A stretch of DNA of 32,000 bases from Sedimentisphaera cyanobacteriorum (GCF_001997385.1 NZ_CP019633.1:1260001-1292000), one strand, 5' to 3'; shown: positions 1 through 9,356, numbered from the stretch's first letter. Notes: generated from the sequence alone by a model not told the origin. A program made the numbers and translations.

Positions 1-10
1 ATAAATAAAG

Positions 11-835
11 ATGGCTGAAATAAACGCTTCCGATGTAATGAAACTCCGCAAAATGAGCGGGCAGGGAATGATGGACTGCAAGAAGGCCCTCGCCGAAACC
101 AACGGCGACCTCGATGAGGCAATGACCCTCCTTCGCAAGAAGGGGCTTGCCACAATGGCAAAAAGAGCAGACCGCAGCGCTTCAGAGGGCAAAGTTACCG
201 TTAAGAGCTCAGGGAAAGATACCGTACTGACCTCCCTTTGCTGCGAGACGGACTTTGTTGCAAAGAACGATGATTTCAAAGAGGTAGCTGAGAAGGTTGC
301 AGATGCAGCACTTCAGGCAGCTCCGGGCAGCGAGCTTAGCGAACAGGAAATCGACGGCAAAAAGGTTTCCGAGCTGATTACCGAGCTTGTGAGCAAAACA
401 GGCGAGAAAACCGAAATCGGCGACTGGGCAAAGCTGAGCTCTGAAGAGAATACAGTTGTGGGCTCATACGTTCATTTCAACAACAAAATGGGCGCTCTTG
501 TGAAGATAGCCTGCGAGAGCCCTTCCGAAAAGCTTCAGAAGCTTGCTGATGAGGTGTGCATGCACATTACAGCTGTTAAGCCGATGGCTCTGGATGCGGA
601 AAGCTTCGATCAGGAAGTTATCGAGAAGGAAAGAGAAATCGCCAAGGAGCAGATGAAAGATAAGCCTGCTCAGATTATTGATAAGATTGTTGAAGGCAAG
701 ATCAACAAGATGATTTCCGAGAACTGCCTTGTAAATCAGAAATTCGTTAAGAATGAAGAAATGACTGTCGAAGAGGCAGTTAAAGGTGCAGGCGGGTCTA
801 AGATTCTTGCTTTTGAAAGAGTAGCAATAGGCTAA
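11..835 (+). CDS. tsf: Translation elongation factor Ts
   Basis: 274-aa ORF starting at ATG 11. It has the N-terminal UBA-like EF-Ts signature (DVMKLRKMSGQGMMDCKKALAETNGDLDEAMTLLRKKG) and a full-length core. A terminator hairpin follows directly. Confidence 0.95.
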   Translation: MAEINASDVMKLRKMSGQGMMDCKKALAETNGDLDEAMTLLRKKGLATMAKRADRSASEGKVTVKSSGKDTVLTSLCCETDFVAKNDDFKEVAEKVADAALQAAPGSELSEQEIDGKKVSELITELVSKTGEKTEIGDWAKLSSEENTVVGSYVHFNNKMGALVKIACESPSEKLQKLADEVCMHITAVKPMALDAESFDQEVIEKEREIAKEQMKDKPAQIIDKIVEGKINKMISENCLVNQKFVKNEEMTVEEAVKGAGGSKILAFERVAIG

Positions 836-857
836 AGCATAAATAATGACACCCTCA

Positions 858-890
858 GGCGTTCGGCGGAGATTCTGCCGAACGTCTTTT
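858..890 (+). terminator. Rho-independent terminator after tsf
   Basis: 10-bp stem GGCGTTCGGC / GCCGAACGTC with one G-U pair, a 9-nt loop (868-876) and a TTTT run at 887-890. Confidence 0.7.
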
Positions 891-908
891 AACTCAGGGA
901 GCTTGAAA

Positions 909-1475
909 TTGACTGAAAATATAATCAGTGAATACATTTTTGAACACAGAAAAGCTCTCGACAACTTTGAGAAAAACAGCAGCGACTCACTCACTCGGGC
1001 AGCAGAGATAATAGCGAAAACCTTCAAAAAGGGAGGCAGGATATATCTCTGCGGCAACGGCGGGTCTGCGGCGGACTGCTCGCATATTGCAAGCGAGCTA
1101 GTAGGCCGGTTTAAGAAAGAACGCAAGGCAATGCCCGCTATGACATTCACAGCCGATCCGGCAGTTTTCACGAGCCTTGGAAACGATTTCAACTATTCCA
1201 GCATATTCCTAAGGCAGGTTGAGGCTTATGTAAGAAAGGGGGATATCCTTTGGGCTATCTCCACAAGCGGAAGCTCTGAGAACGTGCTCAAGGCTATCCT
1301 GAAAGCCAAGCAAATCGGGGCTGAGATAATCTCACTCACTGGCAGGCCTAATTCCATTATCGAATCCCATTCCAACTGCTGCATCTGCGCTAACACCGAA
1401 ATCACAAGCACCGCTCAGGAAATACACGTTTTAGCATACCATATTATCTGCGGGATGGTAGAAGAGCTGATTTAA
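909..1475 (+). CDS. gmhA: D-sedoheptulose-7-phosphate isomerase (SIS domain, GmhA-type)
   Basis: SIS motifs GGRIYLCGNGGSAADCSHIASELVGRF and ISTSGSSENV. The longest ORF (ATG 846) runs through the tsf terminator. TTG 909 is in frame, lies 7 nt after AGGGAG (896-901), and gives an N-terminus of typical GmhA length. Confidence 0.8.
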   Translation: MTENIISEYIFEHRKALDNFEKNSSDSLTRAAEIIAKTFKKGGRIYLCGNGGSAADCSHIASELVGRFKKERKAMPAMTFTADPAVFTSLGNDFNYSSIFLRQVEAYVRKGDILWAISTSGSSENVLKAILKAKQIGAEIISLTGRPNSIIESHSNCCICANTEITSTAQEIHVLAYHIICGMVEELI

Positions 1476-1606
1476 CCAGCACAAAAGAAACTTGATTCTG
1501 CAGCACTTTATTCCATTCAGATTTTTGCTGGAACAAACACTTCTTGGATTTGTCAAACAATTAAGACAAATTATTATATATTAAAATATATTTCAAGGAG
1601 TTTAAG

Positions 1607-2992
1607 ATGAAATCATTAAATTTGTTTATCCTTACAGCAGTTGCCGCAGCGGTTTTCGCAGGTTCACAAACAGCACTGACAATCTATAATGACAATCTCG
1701 GCGTGGTTAAGGAAGTGCGGGATATTGAATTTGAAAAGGGAACGAGCAGGGTTGAATTTACAGATGTAGCTGAAACCATCGATCCTACCAGCGTTAGCTT
1801 CAGGCCGATGGAGGACGCTGAGATATCGCTTCTGGAGCAGAACTACGAATACGATCTTGTAGATCCCTACAAACTGCTCGAAAAATACATTGGCAAGAAA
1901 ATCACATTATTCGTACAGAGAGATGAGAACGTTGCCCCGCTTCGGGACGAATATGAGCTTCTCGCATTCAAAGGCAATGATTTTGTGGTTCGCAGCAGGA
2001 CCGGCATTCATATATTAAACAGGGATTTGATAAAGGGCGTTAGATTCGGAGAAGAACATGGAGATATGCTCACAAAACCCACGCTCGTATGGCTTGCTGA
2101 TTCGGACAAAGACCAGACACTGCCCTGTCAGGTTGCGTATATGGTTTCAAGAATAAGCTGGAAGGCAAACTACTCAATGATCCTAAGCGATTCCGAAAAG
2201 CAGATGGAATTCTCCGGATGGGTTACGATAGATAATAAATCCGGCAAGGATTTCAAGAACGCTAAGATAAAGCTGATAGCGGGCGATGTGAAACAGGAAC
2301 AGCCCCAGACAAACCGCAGGATGGAACAGCTTTACGCAGCAGCATCAAAAGACAGCGGCAGCGGATTCAAGGAAAAGGCCTTTCAGGATTTCCACCTCTA
2401 TACTCTCGGGCGGAAAAGCACAGTAAACAACAAGCAGGTTAAGCAGATCAGGTTCATTGAAAACGTTAAGAACGTTGATATAGATAAGACTTATAAACTC
2501 AGTTCACAGATAATGAATACGAGCAAGCACGAGAACAACCCGTCTATAAATTTTGAATTTGTCAACAGCGAAGAAAACGCCATGGGAATGCCTCTTCCTG
2601 AAGGGCTTATCCGTGCGTTCAAAGAAGATAAAGAAGACGGAAGCCTTGAATTTGTAGGCGAATCAGGAATCAAACATACACCCAAAGATGAGAAGGTGAA
2701 GGTTCAGACGGGCAAGGCTTTTGATATTGTGGGCGAATTCAAAACCGTCAAAGCAGACGTGAGAAATGCCCGGGTCAAAGAATTCCTCAAGGAAGCTGTA
2801 ATCAGAAACCACAAGGATGAAGACTGCATTGTAGAAGTGGATTTCAAATACCCAGCCGGCTATTCAAACTGCCGTGTATATGACAACAACCTTGATTACG
2901 AGAAGCCTGAAGCTGGGATAATACGCTTTGAAGTTCCCGTGAAATCCAATGATGAGACAAAGATAACCTTTGAGGCTCAAATCAGCCGATAA
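1607..2992 (+). CDS. Secreted DUF4139-like conserved protein of unknown function
   Basis: 461-aa ORF with RBS AAGGAG upstream and a signal peptide (MKSLNLFILTAVAAAVFAGS). The LTIYNDNLGVVKEVR opening and overall layout resemble my recollection of the DUF4139/DUF4140 family. Confidence 0.65.
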   Translation: MKSLNLFILTAVAAAVFAGSQTALTIYNDNLGVVKEVRDIEFEKGTSRVEFTDVAETIDPTSVSFRPMEDAEISLLEQNYEYDLVDPYKLLEKYIGKKITLFVQRDENVAPLRDEYELLAFKGNDFVVRSRTGIHILNRDLIKGVRFGEEHGDMLTKPTLVWLADSDKDQTLPCQVAYMVSRISWKANYSMILSDSEKQMEFSGWVTIDNKSGKDFKNAKIKLIAGDVKQEQPQTNRRMEQLYAAASKDSGSGFKEKAFQDFHLYTLGRKSTVNNKQVKQIRFIENVKNVDIDKTYKLSSQIMNTSKHENNPSINFEFVNSEENAMGMPLPEGLIRAFKEDKEDGSLEFVGESGIKHTPKDEKVKVQTGKAFDIVGEFKTVKADVRNARVKEFLKEAVIRNHKDEDCIVEVDFKYPAGYSNCRVYDNNLDYEKPEAGIIRFEVPVKSNDETKITFEAQISR

Positions 2993-3018
2993 CAAACATA
3001 AACCATAAACCGCAATAT

Positions 3019-3056
3019 TAACCCTGCCCCGATTCTCTCACTTCCGGGCAGGGTTA
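3019..3056 (+). terminator. GC-rich hairpin downstream of the DUF4139-like gene
   Basis: 11-bp perfect stem TAACCCTGCCC / GGGCAGGGTTA with a 16-nt loop. No T run follows, so it is weak as an intrinsic terminator. Confidence 0.35.
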
Positions 3057-3215
3057 ATCATTCGGGCGGCTACTTGCCTGAAGCTGTTTCAATTCGATCA
3101 TAACAAGAAGAACAAAGATAATAAAGCAATCAAAATCTTCCTGTTTTCAAGCCCTTAATTTCGCTGTTAAAAAATTTATTACTCGTAATATCACATTAAG
3201 AACCCTGCTAAACAT

Positions 3216-3245
3216 AAAAAGAACGCTGGTATTAAACAGCGTTCT
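3216..3245 (-). terminator. Rho-independent terminator after the betaine methyltransferase pair
   Basis: On the minus strand, stem GAACGCTG / CAGCGTTC (3221-3228 and 3238-3245) is followed by TTTTT (plus-strand A run 3216-3220). It lies 32 nt past the stop at 3277. Confidence 0.65.
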
Positions 3246-3276
3246 CAATTGAAAAGGAATCTCTTATATCAGAGAA

Positions 3277-4110
3277 TTATTGTTTTTTGAAAAGGAAGAT
3301 TCCCCATGCAAGGTGGCCGCTGTTTCCGCCTTCAACCCAGTGGCGAAGTCCTTTTTTCATATTAGCAGCATATTCATCGCTAACAATACCTTTGAGTTCA
3401 TCTTCTCTTTTTTCGAATTCCTTGAGGACATTGCCGTAATGAGTAGGGAGCTGAGATGTATGGTCTTCGAACTCTACAAACTCGAATCCTGCCTTTTCGC
3501 CAGCTTCTTTATAGAAAGCAGGACTGCCGAGTGAGCTGAGGTGGATTCTGTCGTAGATAGGCTGAAGAACGTCTGGCGGGCAGTTGTCATCCTGCATAGG
3601 ATCGGTAAATACAAATTCGCCGCCCTTCTTGAGGACTCTGCAAGCTTCTTTCAAAACCTTCTCACGGTCGCTGCTGTGCAGGATAGCATCCTGAGACCAT
3701 ATTATATCAAATTCGCTGTCTTTGAAGGGCAGGTCTTCGAATGCACCGTCAACAACATCAATCAGATGGTCGAGCCCCTGTTCCTTATTCATCTGCCTGT
3801 CTCTTTCGTTCTCAACTTCAGAGAGATTCAGACAGGTAACCTGACATCCATACTCAGCTGCGAGGTAGCGTGCTGCACCTCCGTAGCCGGCTCCAATATC
3901 AAGAATCTTCACATCAGAACCGAGCTTTGAAAGTTTGGCTGCCATCGCCTTAACTGTTTCTCTGCTTGCCTCACGGATGGAGTTTTTCCCGTCATAAAGG
4001 CCGATGTGAATATCCTCACCGCCCCATACGTGAAAATAAAAATTGTCCGCATCTTCGCTGTTGTAATAATCCCTTGCAACCTGTACCGGTTTGGAATAAG
4101 CTGTACTCAT
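3277..4110 (-). CDS. Sarcosine/dimethylglycine N-methyltransferase (SDMT-type)
   Basis: 277 aa. The N-terminus ARDYYNSEDADNFYFHVWGGEDIHIGLY matches the halophile SDMT/DMT signature as I recall it. SAM motif I is ILDIGAGYGGAARYLA. The ATG lies 1 nt after the upstream stop. Confidence 0.85.
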   Translation of the reverse strand: MSTAYSKPVQVARDYYNSEDADNFYFHVWGGEDIHIGLYDGKNSIREASRETVKAMAAKLSKLGSDVKILDIGAGYGGAARYLAAEYGCQVTCLNLSEVENERDRQMNKEQGLDHLIDVVDGAFEDLPFKDSEFDIIWSQDAILHSSDREKVLKEACRVLKKGGEFVFTDPMQDDNCPPDVLQPIYDRIHLSSLGSPAFYKEAGEKAGFEFVEFEDHTSQLPTHYGNVLKEFEKREDELKGIVSDEYAANMKKGLRHWVEGGNSGHLAWGIFLFKKQ

Positions 4111-4111
4111 T

Positions 4112-4927
4112 TTATTTCTCCTTTAACTCTGGATTATATTTCTTCTCAGCAACATGGACATAGAAATCCGGCTCAGACTCTTCAAAGCTTGTCTGGAAAT
4201 CTCCGTAAGTTGTAATTGTCTGGAAACCTACTTCACCAAGCAGATTTCTCATATAGTTCTTTCTTATAGGGAACATATTCAGATGGAAGCTGTCTTTGCC
4301 TGCGAACTTATACTCAAATCGTGTAAGCCCTTCGTCCACGTGCACCGGCTGAACGCTTACCTTATCGCCGCAGTAGTAGAATTTGTGCTTGCTTGAATAG
4401 CCGTCATCAAGGATAGAATCGTAGTTTCTCTGGTCGATGATGAGAACGCCGTCGTGCTTGAGAGCAGCGTAATACTCGGCAAGTGCTTTGCGGCGGTCGT
4501 GCTCGTTGAAAAGATGCGTAAACGAATTGCCGAGGCATATTACTGCATCGTACTCGCCGTGCACATCTCTATTGAGCCATCTCCAGTCTGCGCATACCGT
4601 ACGCATTATATGACCCCTTGCCTTTGCATTATCAAATGCCTTTGCGAGCATAGAGGGTGCGCCGTCTGCACTGGTAACGCTGAATCCTGATTCAATAAGC
4701 CTTACGCTGTGAAAGCCTGTTCCAGCAGCAACGTCCAGAATATACTTTGCGTTGTATTCACGAAGCTTATCGATAAAGAAATTGCCTTCGCCTTGCGCTC
4801 TGCTGTCCCAATCTATGATGTCATCCCATTTTTCAGCAAGCGAATCAACATACTCACTGGTAAAGTGATCGCTGTCTCTTACTGCTGTCGGTTTTGTTCC
4901 AAATGTTTGTTCTTCTTTAAATGTCAT
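4112..4927 (-). CDS. Glycine/sarcosine N-methyltransferase (GSMT-type)
   Basis: 271 aa. RDSDHFTSEYVDSLAEKWDDIIDWDSRAQGEG followed by ILDVAAGTGFHSVRL is the GSMT-type layout known from Halorhodospira and Aphanothece enzymes. It is translationally coupled to the SDMT gene. Confidence 0.85.
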   Translation of the reverse strand: MTFKEEQTFGTKPTAVRDSDHFTSEYVDSLAEKWDDIIDWDSRAQGEGNFFIDKLREYNAKYILDVAAGTGFHSVRLIESGFSVTSADGAPSMLAKAFDNAKARGHIMRTVCADWRWLNRDVHGEYDAVICLGNSFTHLFNEHDRRKALAEYYAALKHDGVLIIDQRNYDSILDDGYSSKHKFYYCGDKVSVQPVHVDEGLTRFEYKFAGKDSFHLNMFPIRKNYMRNLLGEVGFQTITTYGDFQTSFEESEPDFYVHVAEKKYNPELKEK

Positions 4928-5026
4928 TTTAAGTTCTCCGTAAACTCACATCTCTGTTTTCAGAAGGATATCAGGCGCACCTCCGGCGCACCTGCCCTTC
5001 GGAGATTTATTAATAAAAACGAAAGT

Positions 5027-5053
5027 TAAAACCGGAGGGCACAAGCCCTCCGG
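5027..5053 (-). terminator. Rho-independent terminator after ahcY
   Basis: On the minus strand, CCGGAGGGC-TTGT-GCCCTCCGG (9-bp stem, 5032-5053) is followed by TTTT. Confidence 0.7.
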
Positions 5054-5066
5054 TACAGTATTTCAT

Positions 5067-6494
5067 TTAGTAGCGATAATGTTCCGGCTTGTAAGGTCCT
5101 TCAACCGGCAGGCCGATATATTCTGCCTGATGTTTTGTCATCTTTGTAAGGTGAGCATCAAGCTTTCCGAGGTGCAGCCTAGCTACTTCTTCATCAAGCT
5201 CTTTGTCGAGGTGATAAACATCTACCTTCTTATCCTTCTGCCAATTGTCTATAGCAGCGAGAGTCTGATTAGAGAAGCTGTTAGACATAACAAAGCTCGG
5301 ATGGCCAGTAGCACAGCCCAGATTCACAAGCCTTCCTTCAGCAAGAAGGTATATTGAACGACCGTCTTCAAATGTGTACTGATGCGTACCGGGCTTTATT
5401 TCTGTCTTTGTAACGCCCGGCCAATTATTAAGTTCATCAACCTGAATCTCATTGTCAAAGTGGCCGATGTTGCATACGATAGCCTGATCTTTCATCTTGC
5501 TCATATGCTCCGCTGTGATTACATCGCAGTTACCTGAAGCTGTAACGTAAATGTCTGCCTCAGGTAGAGCTTCTTCAACGGTACGAACAGTATAGCCTGA
5601 CATGCAAGCCTGAAGAGCGCAGATTGGGTCTATCTCACTGACAAGAACTTTCGCCCTGTGAGCTGAAAGCGCCTGAGCAGAACCTTTGCCCACATCGCCA
5701 AAGCCGCATACCATTGCGGTTTTGCCGGCAACCATAACATCCGTAGCACGCTTGATAGCGTCCACACAGGATTCGCGGCAGCCGTAGATATTATCAAACT
5801 TAGACTTTGTTACAGAATCGTTCACGTTGATTGCAGGGAAGAGCAGCTCACCTTTGTCTCTCATCTGATAGAGACGGTGAACGCCTGTTGTGGTTTCTTC
5901 TGCAACTCCGCGGCAGTTCTTAGCGAGCTTATGCCAGAATTTTTTATCTTCCTTCTGGATTTCCTTGAGAAGCTCGTTCTGAATCTTAACTTCTTTATTA
6001 TCTGTAGGCTCATCGAGCATTGAAGGATTATCTTCGCCGTAATAGCCGCGATGAATCATAAGAGTAGCGTCGCCGCCGTCGTCAACGATGATATCCGGCC
6101 CGCTGCCGTCCGGCCAAGTAAGAGCTCTCTTTGTGTACTGCCAGTACTCTTCGAGAGTTTCGCCCTTATAGGCAAATACCGGGACTCCGCGAGCAACAAT
6201 AGCTGATGCTGCGTGGTCCTGAGTTGAGAAAATATTGCACGATGCCCAGCGAACATCCGCACCCAGTTCAATAAGGGTTTCGATAAGCACAGCGGTCTGG
6301 ATAGTCATATGCAGACTTCCCATAACCTTTGCGCCTTTTAGAGGCTGGTCAGGCCCGTACTTCTCACGCATAGCGATAAGACCGGGCATTTCCTTTTCTG
6401 CAATTTCAATTTCTCTGCGCCCGAACTCTGCAAGTCCGATGTCCGCAATTGCGTAATCACTGATTTTTTTGTTAATAGACTTTGTTTGAGTCAT
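5067..6494 (-). CDS. ahcY: S-adenosyl-L-homocysteine hydrolase (adenosylhomocysteinase)
   Basis: 475 aa. Signature [17 protein letters not shown] and NAD-binding [19 protein letters not shown] lies upstream. Confidence 0.95.
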   Translation of the reverse strand: MTQTKSINKKISDYAIADIGLAEFGRREIEIAEKEMPGLIAMREKYGPDQPLKGAKVMGSLHMTIQTAVLIETLIELGADVRWASCNIFSTQDHAASAIVARGVPVFAYKGETLEEYWQYTKRALTWPDGSGPDIIVDDGGDATLMIHRGYYGEDNPSMLDEPTDNKEVKIQNELLKEIQKEDKKFWHKLAKNCRGVAEETTTGVHRLYQMRDKGELLFPAINVNDSVTKSKFDNIYGCRESCVDAIKRATDVMVAGKTAMVCGFGDVGKGSAQALSAHRAKVLVSEIDPICALQACMSGYTVRTVEEALPEADIYVTASGNCDVITAEHMSKMKDQAIVCNIGHFDNEIQVDELNNWPGVTKTEIKPGTHQYTFEDGRSIYLLAEGRLVNLGCATGHPSFVMSNSFSNQTLAAIDNWQKDKKVDVYHLDKELDEEVARLHLGKLDAHLTKMTKHQAEYIGLPVEGPYKPEHYRY

Positions 6495-6523
6495 ATATAA
6501 TTCTCCATTTATTGAAAAAACAT

Positions 6524-7531
6524 TTATTCTGCTAAAACTCGGTTCTTAAACTGTTCAAGCACATTCTGCCAACGCTCAGAAGGCAAATCTGCACCCAGAT
6601 GCTGAACTACTTCCGCACCAATAAGAGAACCAAGCTCTCCGCATTCCTTAAGAGGCAGTCCGTTGAGGTATCCGTAAAGGAAACCCGCTGCCCAGTAGTC
6701 GCCGGCTCCGGTAGTGTCCACAACTACTTCAGCTTCGCCTGCTCCTACAACAGCCTTGCCTGTTTCATCAAGGAGCATAGCTCCTTTCGCACCAAGCTTA
6801 ACCACTGCCACATCGCAAAGCTTGCCGAGGTCTTCAAGGGCTGATTCGAGATCGGGGTCTCCTGTGAAAGCCTCTGCCTCATCTTCATTAGCAAAGACAA
6901 TATCCACATAATCACGAAGTATATCGCTGAGCTCCCCGCCGGCAGCCTTTACCACCTCGAAAGACCCGAGGTCCAGACTTACCGAACAGCCTACCTGCTT
7001 TGCTGCCTTTAATGCTGAAACTGCCATATCCTTGTTGAAAAGCAGATAACCCTCAAAATGGGCGTGGTCGTATCCTTTGAAATCTTCAACGTCTATATCA
7101 GCCACGGCCATATTAGCCGCTGCTCCAAGACACGTGCGCATTGTTCTCTGTCCATCCTCAGTAACGAGGCTGAGGCATTTGGCTGTAGCAGATTCATCGC
7201 AGTATTTAAACTTCGAAAGATCGCCCTTAAGCTTCTGGAACTGGTCTAGATATTTCTTGGCAGTGTCATCTCTGCCAATCTTTCCAAGAAAAGCAGCAGC
7301 AACTTCAAGCTTTGCAAGAGCAAAAATTGTATTAGCGGCAGAGCCGCCGGCGGCTATGGCCGGCTCTGTTTGGAGGTTCTGCACGATTGTTTGAATCTGC
7401 ATATCCTCTACGAGCTCCATACCGCCCTTCGAGCCTGCATGCTTTGATACAAACTCATCATCCACTTTCGCAAGCAGATCCATTACAGGCGAGCCTACGC
7501 CAATAATTTTTTTCTCTTCTAAACGAGCCAT
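6524..7531 (-). CDS. PfkB-family kinase, probable adenosine kinase
   Basis: PfkB motifs GGSAANT and [17 protein letters not shown] chose ATG 7531 (MARLEEKK) because it lies 1 nt after the metK stop (TAA-T-ATG), whereas the longest ORF (7591) overlaps metK by 59 nt. The adenosine kinase role is inferred from its position between metK and ahcY. Confidence 0.7.
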   Translation of the reverse strand: MARLEEKKIIGVGSPVMDLLAKVDDEFVSKHAGSKGGMELVEDMQIQTIVQNLQTEPAIAAGGSAANTIFALAKLEVAAAFLGKIGRDDTAKKYLDQFQKLKGDLSKFKYCDESATAKCLSLVTEDGQRTMRTCLGAAANMAVADIDVEDFKGYDHAHFEGYLLFNKDMAVSALKAAKQVGCSVSLDLGSFEVVKAAGGELSDILRDYVDIVFANEDEAEAFTGDPDLESALEDLGKLCDVAVVKLGAKGAMLLDETGKAVVGAGEAEVVVDTTGAGDYWAAGFLYGYLNGLPLKECGELGSLIGAEVVQHLGADLPSERWQNVLEQFKNRVLAE

Positions 7532-7532
7532 A

Positions 7533-8714
7533 TTAAAGCGCCTTTTTAAGCTGTTCAACTTTATCAGTCTTTTCCCAAGGGAACATATCACGGCCGAAGT
7601 GTCCGTATTTTGCTGAATCTACATATGTCCATCCAGACGGATTGAGAAGATTCAAATCTTCAAGTATTGCAGCCGGACGGAAATCAAAAATCTGACCGGA
7701 CTCAAGGATCTTCTGAATCTTAACGTTATCAACCTTGCCGGTTTCGTATGTTTCCACGTTGATGCTCAAAGGCCTTGCCATACCGATAGCATAAGATACC
7801 TGAATCTCGCATTTCTCAGCAAGACCGGCAGCAACAATATTCTTCGCTGCATAACGTGAATAGTAAGCAGCAGAGCGGTCAACCTTAGACGGGTCTTTAC
7901 CTGAGAAAGCACCGCCGCCATGGCTTCCTACGCCGCCGTAGGTATCAACGATAATCTTACGTCCTGTAAGGCCGGCATCTGCATAAGGCCCGCCGAGAAC
8001 GAATTTGCCTGTAGGGTTTATGTAGTATTCTGTATCTTCACGCAGAAGACCGGTAGGCTCAAGAACATCCTTGGCGACTTTTACAAGGTCCTCGCGGATT
8101 TTATCCAGCGGAACATCATCAGTCTGATGGCTGATAAGCACTGTTGTAATATACTGAGGCTTTCCTCCAACATACTTCACAGAAACCTGAGATTTTGAAT
8201 CAGGCCTGAGATAGTCGATCTTTCCGTCTTTGCGTATTTTATCAAGCTCCATCAGCAAACGATGGCTCAGTGCAATCGGGGTTGGAATAAGCTCTGCTGT
8301 TTCATTGCAGGCATATCCAAACATCATACCCTGATCGCCTGCTCCCTGTTCGTCAAAGAGGCCTTGGCCTTCAGTAACTCCCTGAGAGATATCCGGGCTC
8401 TGTCCGTGTATGCGTGAGATGTATTCAAACGAATCGTGCCAGAATTTGAGCTCGCTCCTGTCGTAGCCTATTTCCTTAACAACATCCCTGGCTACCTTTT
8501 CGGTATTGATTGAATCAATTCCGCTGCAGGTGATTTCGCCGGCATTAACAACAAGATTGTGCCCTACAAGAGTTTCGCAGGCCACACGGCTTTTCGGGTC
8601 TTTCGCAAGACAGGCATCCAGTACAGCATCAGAAATCTGATCGCAAACTTTGTCCGGATGTCCGGGACTAACTGATTCTGAAGTAAACACGTGTTCGTCA
8701 AGAATCTTACTCAT
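7533..8714 (-). CDS. metK: S-adenosylmethionine synthetase
   Basis: 393 aa. Signatures GHPDKVCDQISDAVLD, GAGDQGMMFGYA and GGGAFSGKDPSKVDRS. RBS GGAGAA lies 4 nt before the ATG. Confidence 0.95.
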   Translation of the reverse strand: MSKILDEHVFTSESVSPGHPDKVCDQISDAVLDACLAKDPKSRVACETLVGHNLVVNAGEITCSGIDSINTEKVARDVVKEIGYDRSELKFWHDSFEYISRIHGQSPDISQGVTEGQGLFDEQGAGDQGMMFGYACNETAELIPTPIALSHRLLMELDKIRKDGKIDYLRPDSKSQVSVKYVGGKPQYITTVLISHQTDDVPLDKIREDLVKVAKDVLEPTGLLREDTEYYINPTGKFVLGGPYADAGLTGRKIIVDTYGGVGSHGGGAFSGKDPSKVDRSAAYYSRYAAKNIVAAGLAEKCEIQVSYAIGMARPLSINVETYETGKVDNVKIQKILESGQIFDFRPAAILEDLNLLNPSGWTYVDSAKYGHFGRDMFPWEKTDKVEQLKKAL

Positions 8715-8995
8715 AGTTTCTCCTAAAATAATATCATTTTTTTCTTTAACTAAAGCCGGGCAAAACCGCGCTCACTTTATGCGCATATTTCAACCGGCGC
8801 ATTTCTGCCGTTCTTCGTTCTTCCGCTTATCGGGCGTGAACACGCCCATGGCACGGGGAAACGTCCGCAGCAACAAGCTGCCTATACGTCCCACTTTCAG
8901 TCTTATAGACCTAATCAAGATCAACCGCTTTATGCGGGGCCAATCGTTCTCGGGAAAATTTTCCCGGTCGCAACGCTGCCATTGAACGGCAACGT
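8715..8995 (-). promoter_or_regulatory. Long structured metK 5-prime leader, candidate cis-regulatory RNA of unassigned class
   Basis: About 280 nt of non-coding, relatively GC-rich sequence lies upstream of metK. It contains several helices: a perfect 16-nt palindrome CGGGAAAATTTTCCCG (8951-8966), GGGCGTG/CACGCCC (8832-8847), and GCAGC/GCTGC (8867-8881) nested inside GGG..ACGT/ACGT..CCC (8855-8892). Confidence 0.3.
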
Positions 8996-9324
8996 GAAAT
9001 TATATATTTGCAGATTACACTAATCCAGCGAGAAACTGCGAATCAGCGATCCAATACAATCTGCTTTTTCTCTCAACTCCCCTATACCCTTAGGGGAAAA
9101 CTGCGGAAATGTCAAGTAAGGTTTATAAAAAAATTTTTATTTTTTTTGAACAGCAGAAAGAATAATTTTAAAAAAATGCTGAAAAATCAGCTTACCAGCC
9201 CAATAGGCGGTCTAATCAACAATAGTGGAGAGGTCTTGTTAAGTCAGGAAAAAATTTCATTTTTTTTCAAAATAATAATGTTTAACGTAAAATTTCAGCT
9301 TTCATTTTTTCTTTTTAAGTTCAA

Positions 9325-9356
9325 GAAAAAAGCCTGAACGCTTCAAACGTTCAGGC
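9325..9356 (-). terminator. Rho-independent terminator after the GH127-like gene
   Basis: On the minus strand, GCCTGAACG-TTTGAAG-CGTTCAGGC (9-bp stem, 9332-9356) is followed by a run of T residues (plus-strand A run 9325-9331). Confidence 0.7.

Noticed and set aside
464-1192. 242-aa minus-strand ORF overlapping tsf and gmhA.
   Set aside because: It is antisense to two strongly supported genes, has low-complexity Leu/Ser/Phe-rich composition and no recognisable motif. It is a shadow ORF.
4928-5026. Possible glycine riboswitch upstream of the glycine methyltransferase. CUCCGAAGGGCAGG resembles the ACCGAAGGGGCAA core.
   Set aside because: The leader is only about 100 nt. It lacks the GGAGAG and CUCAGGCAAAAGGAC-type elements and the paired-helix architecture, so the resemblance rests on a single short string.
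8650-8985. 111-aa plus-strand ORF covering the metK leader.
   Set aside because: It overlaps the metK start in antisense, has no motif support, and the region folds into hairpins on the other strand.
8715-8995. Direct assignment of the metK leader to SAM-I, SAM-II/V or the SAH riboswitch.
   Set aside because: The conserved cores of these classes, as I recall them, are absent, and only a partial SAH-like string is present. The leader is kept as an unassigned candidate rather than a named riboswitch. A covariance-model search is needed.
9008-9337. 109-aa ORF (TTG start) in the AT-rich spacer between metK and the GH127-like gene.
   Set aside because: It is a translation of homopolymer-rich AT sequence (runs of Phe, Lys and Asn), with no RBS and a terminator hairpin inside it. 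The region is better read as intergenic promoter and terminator DNA.
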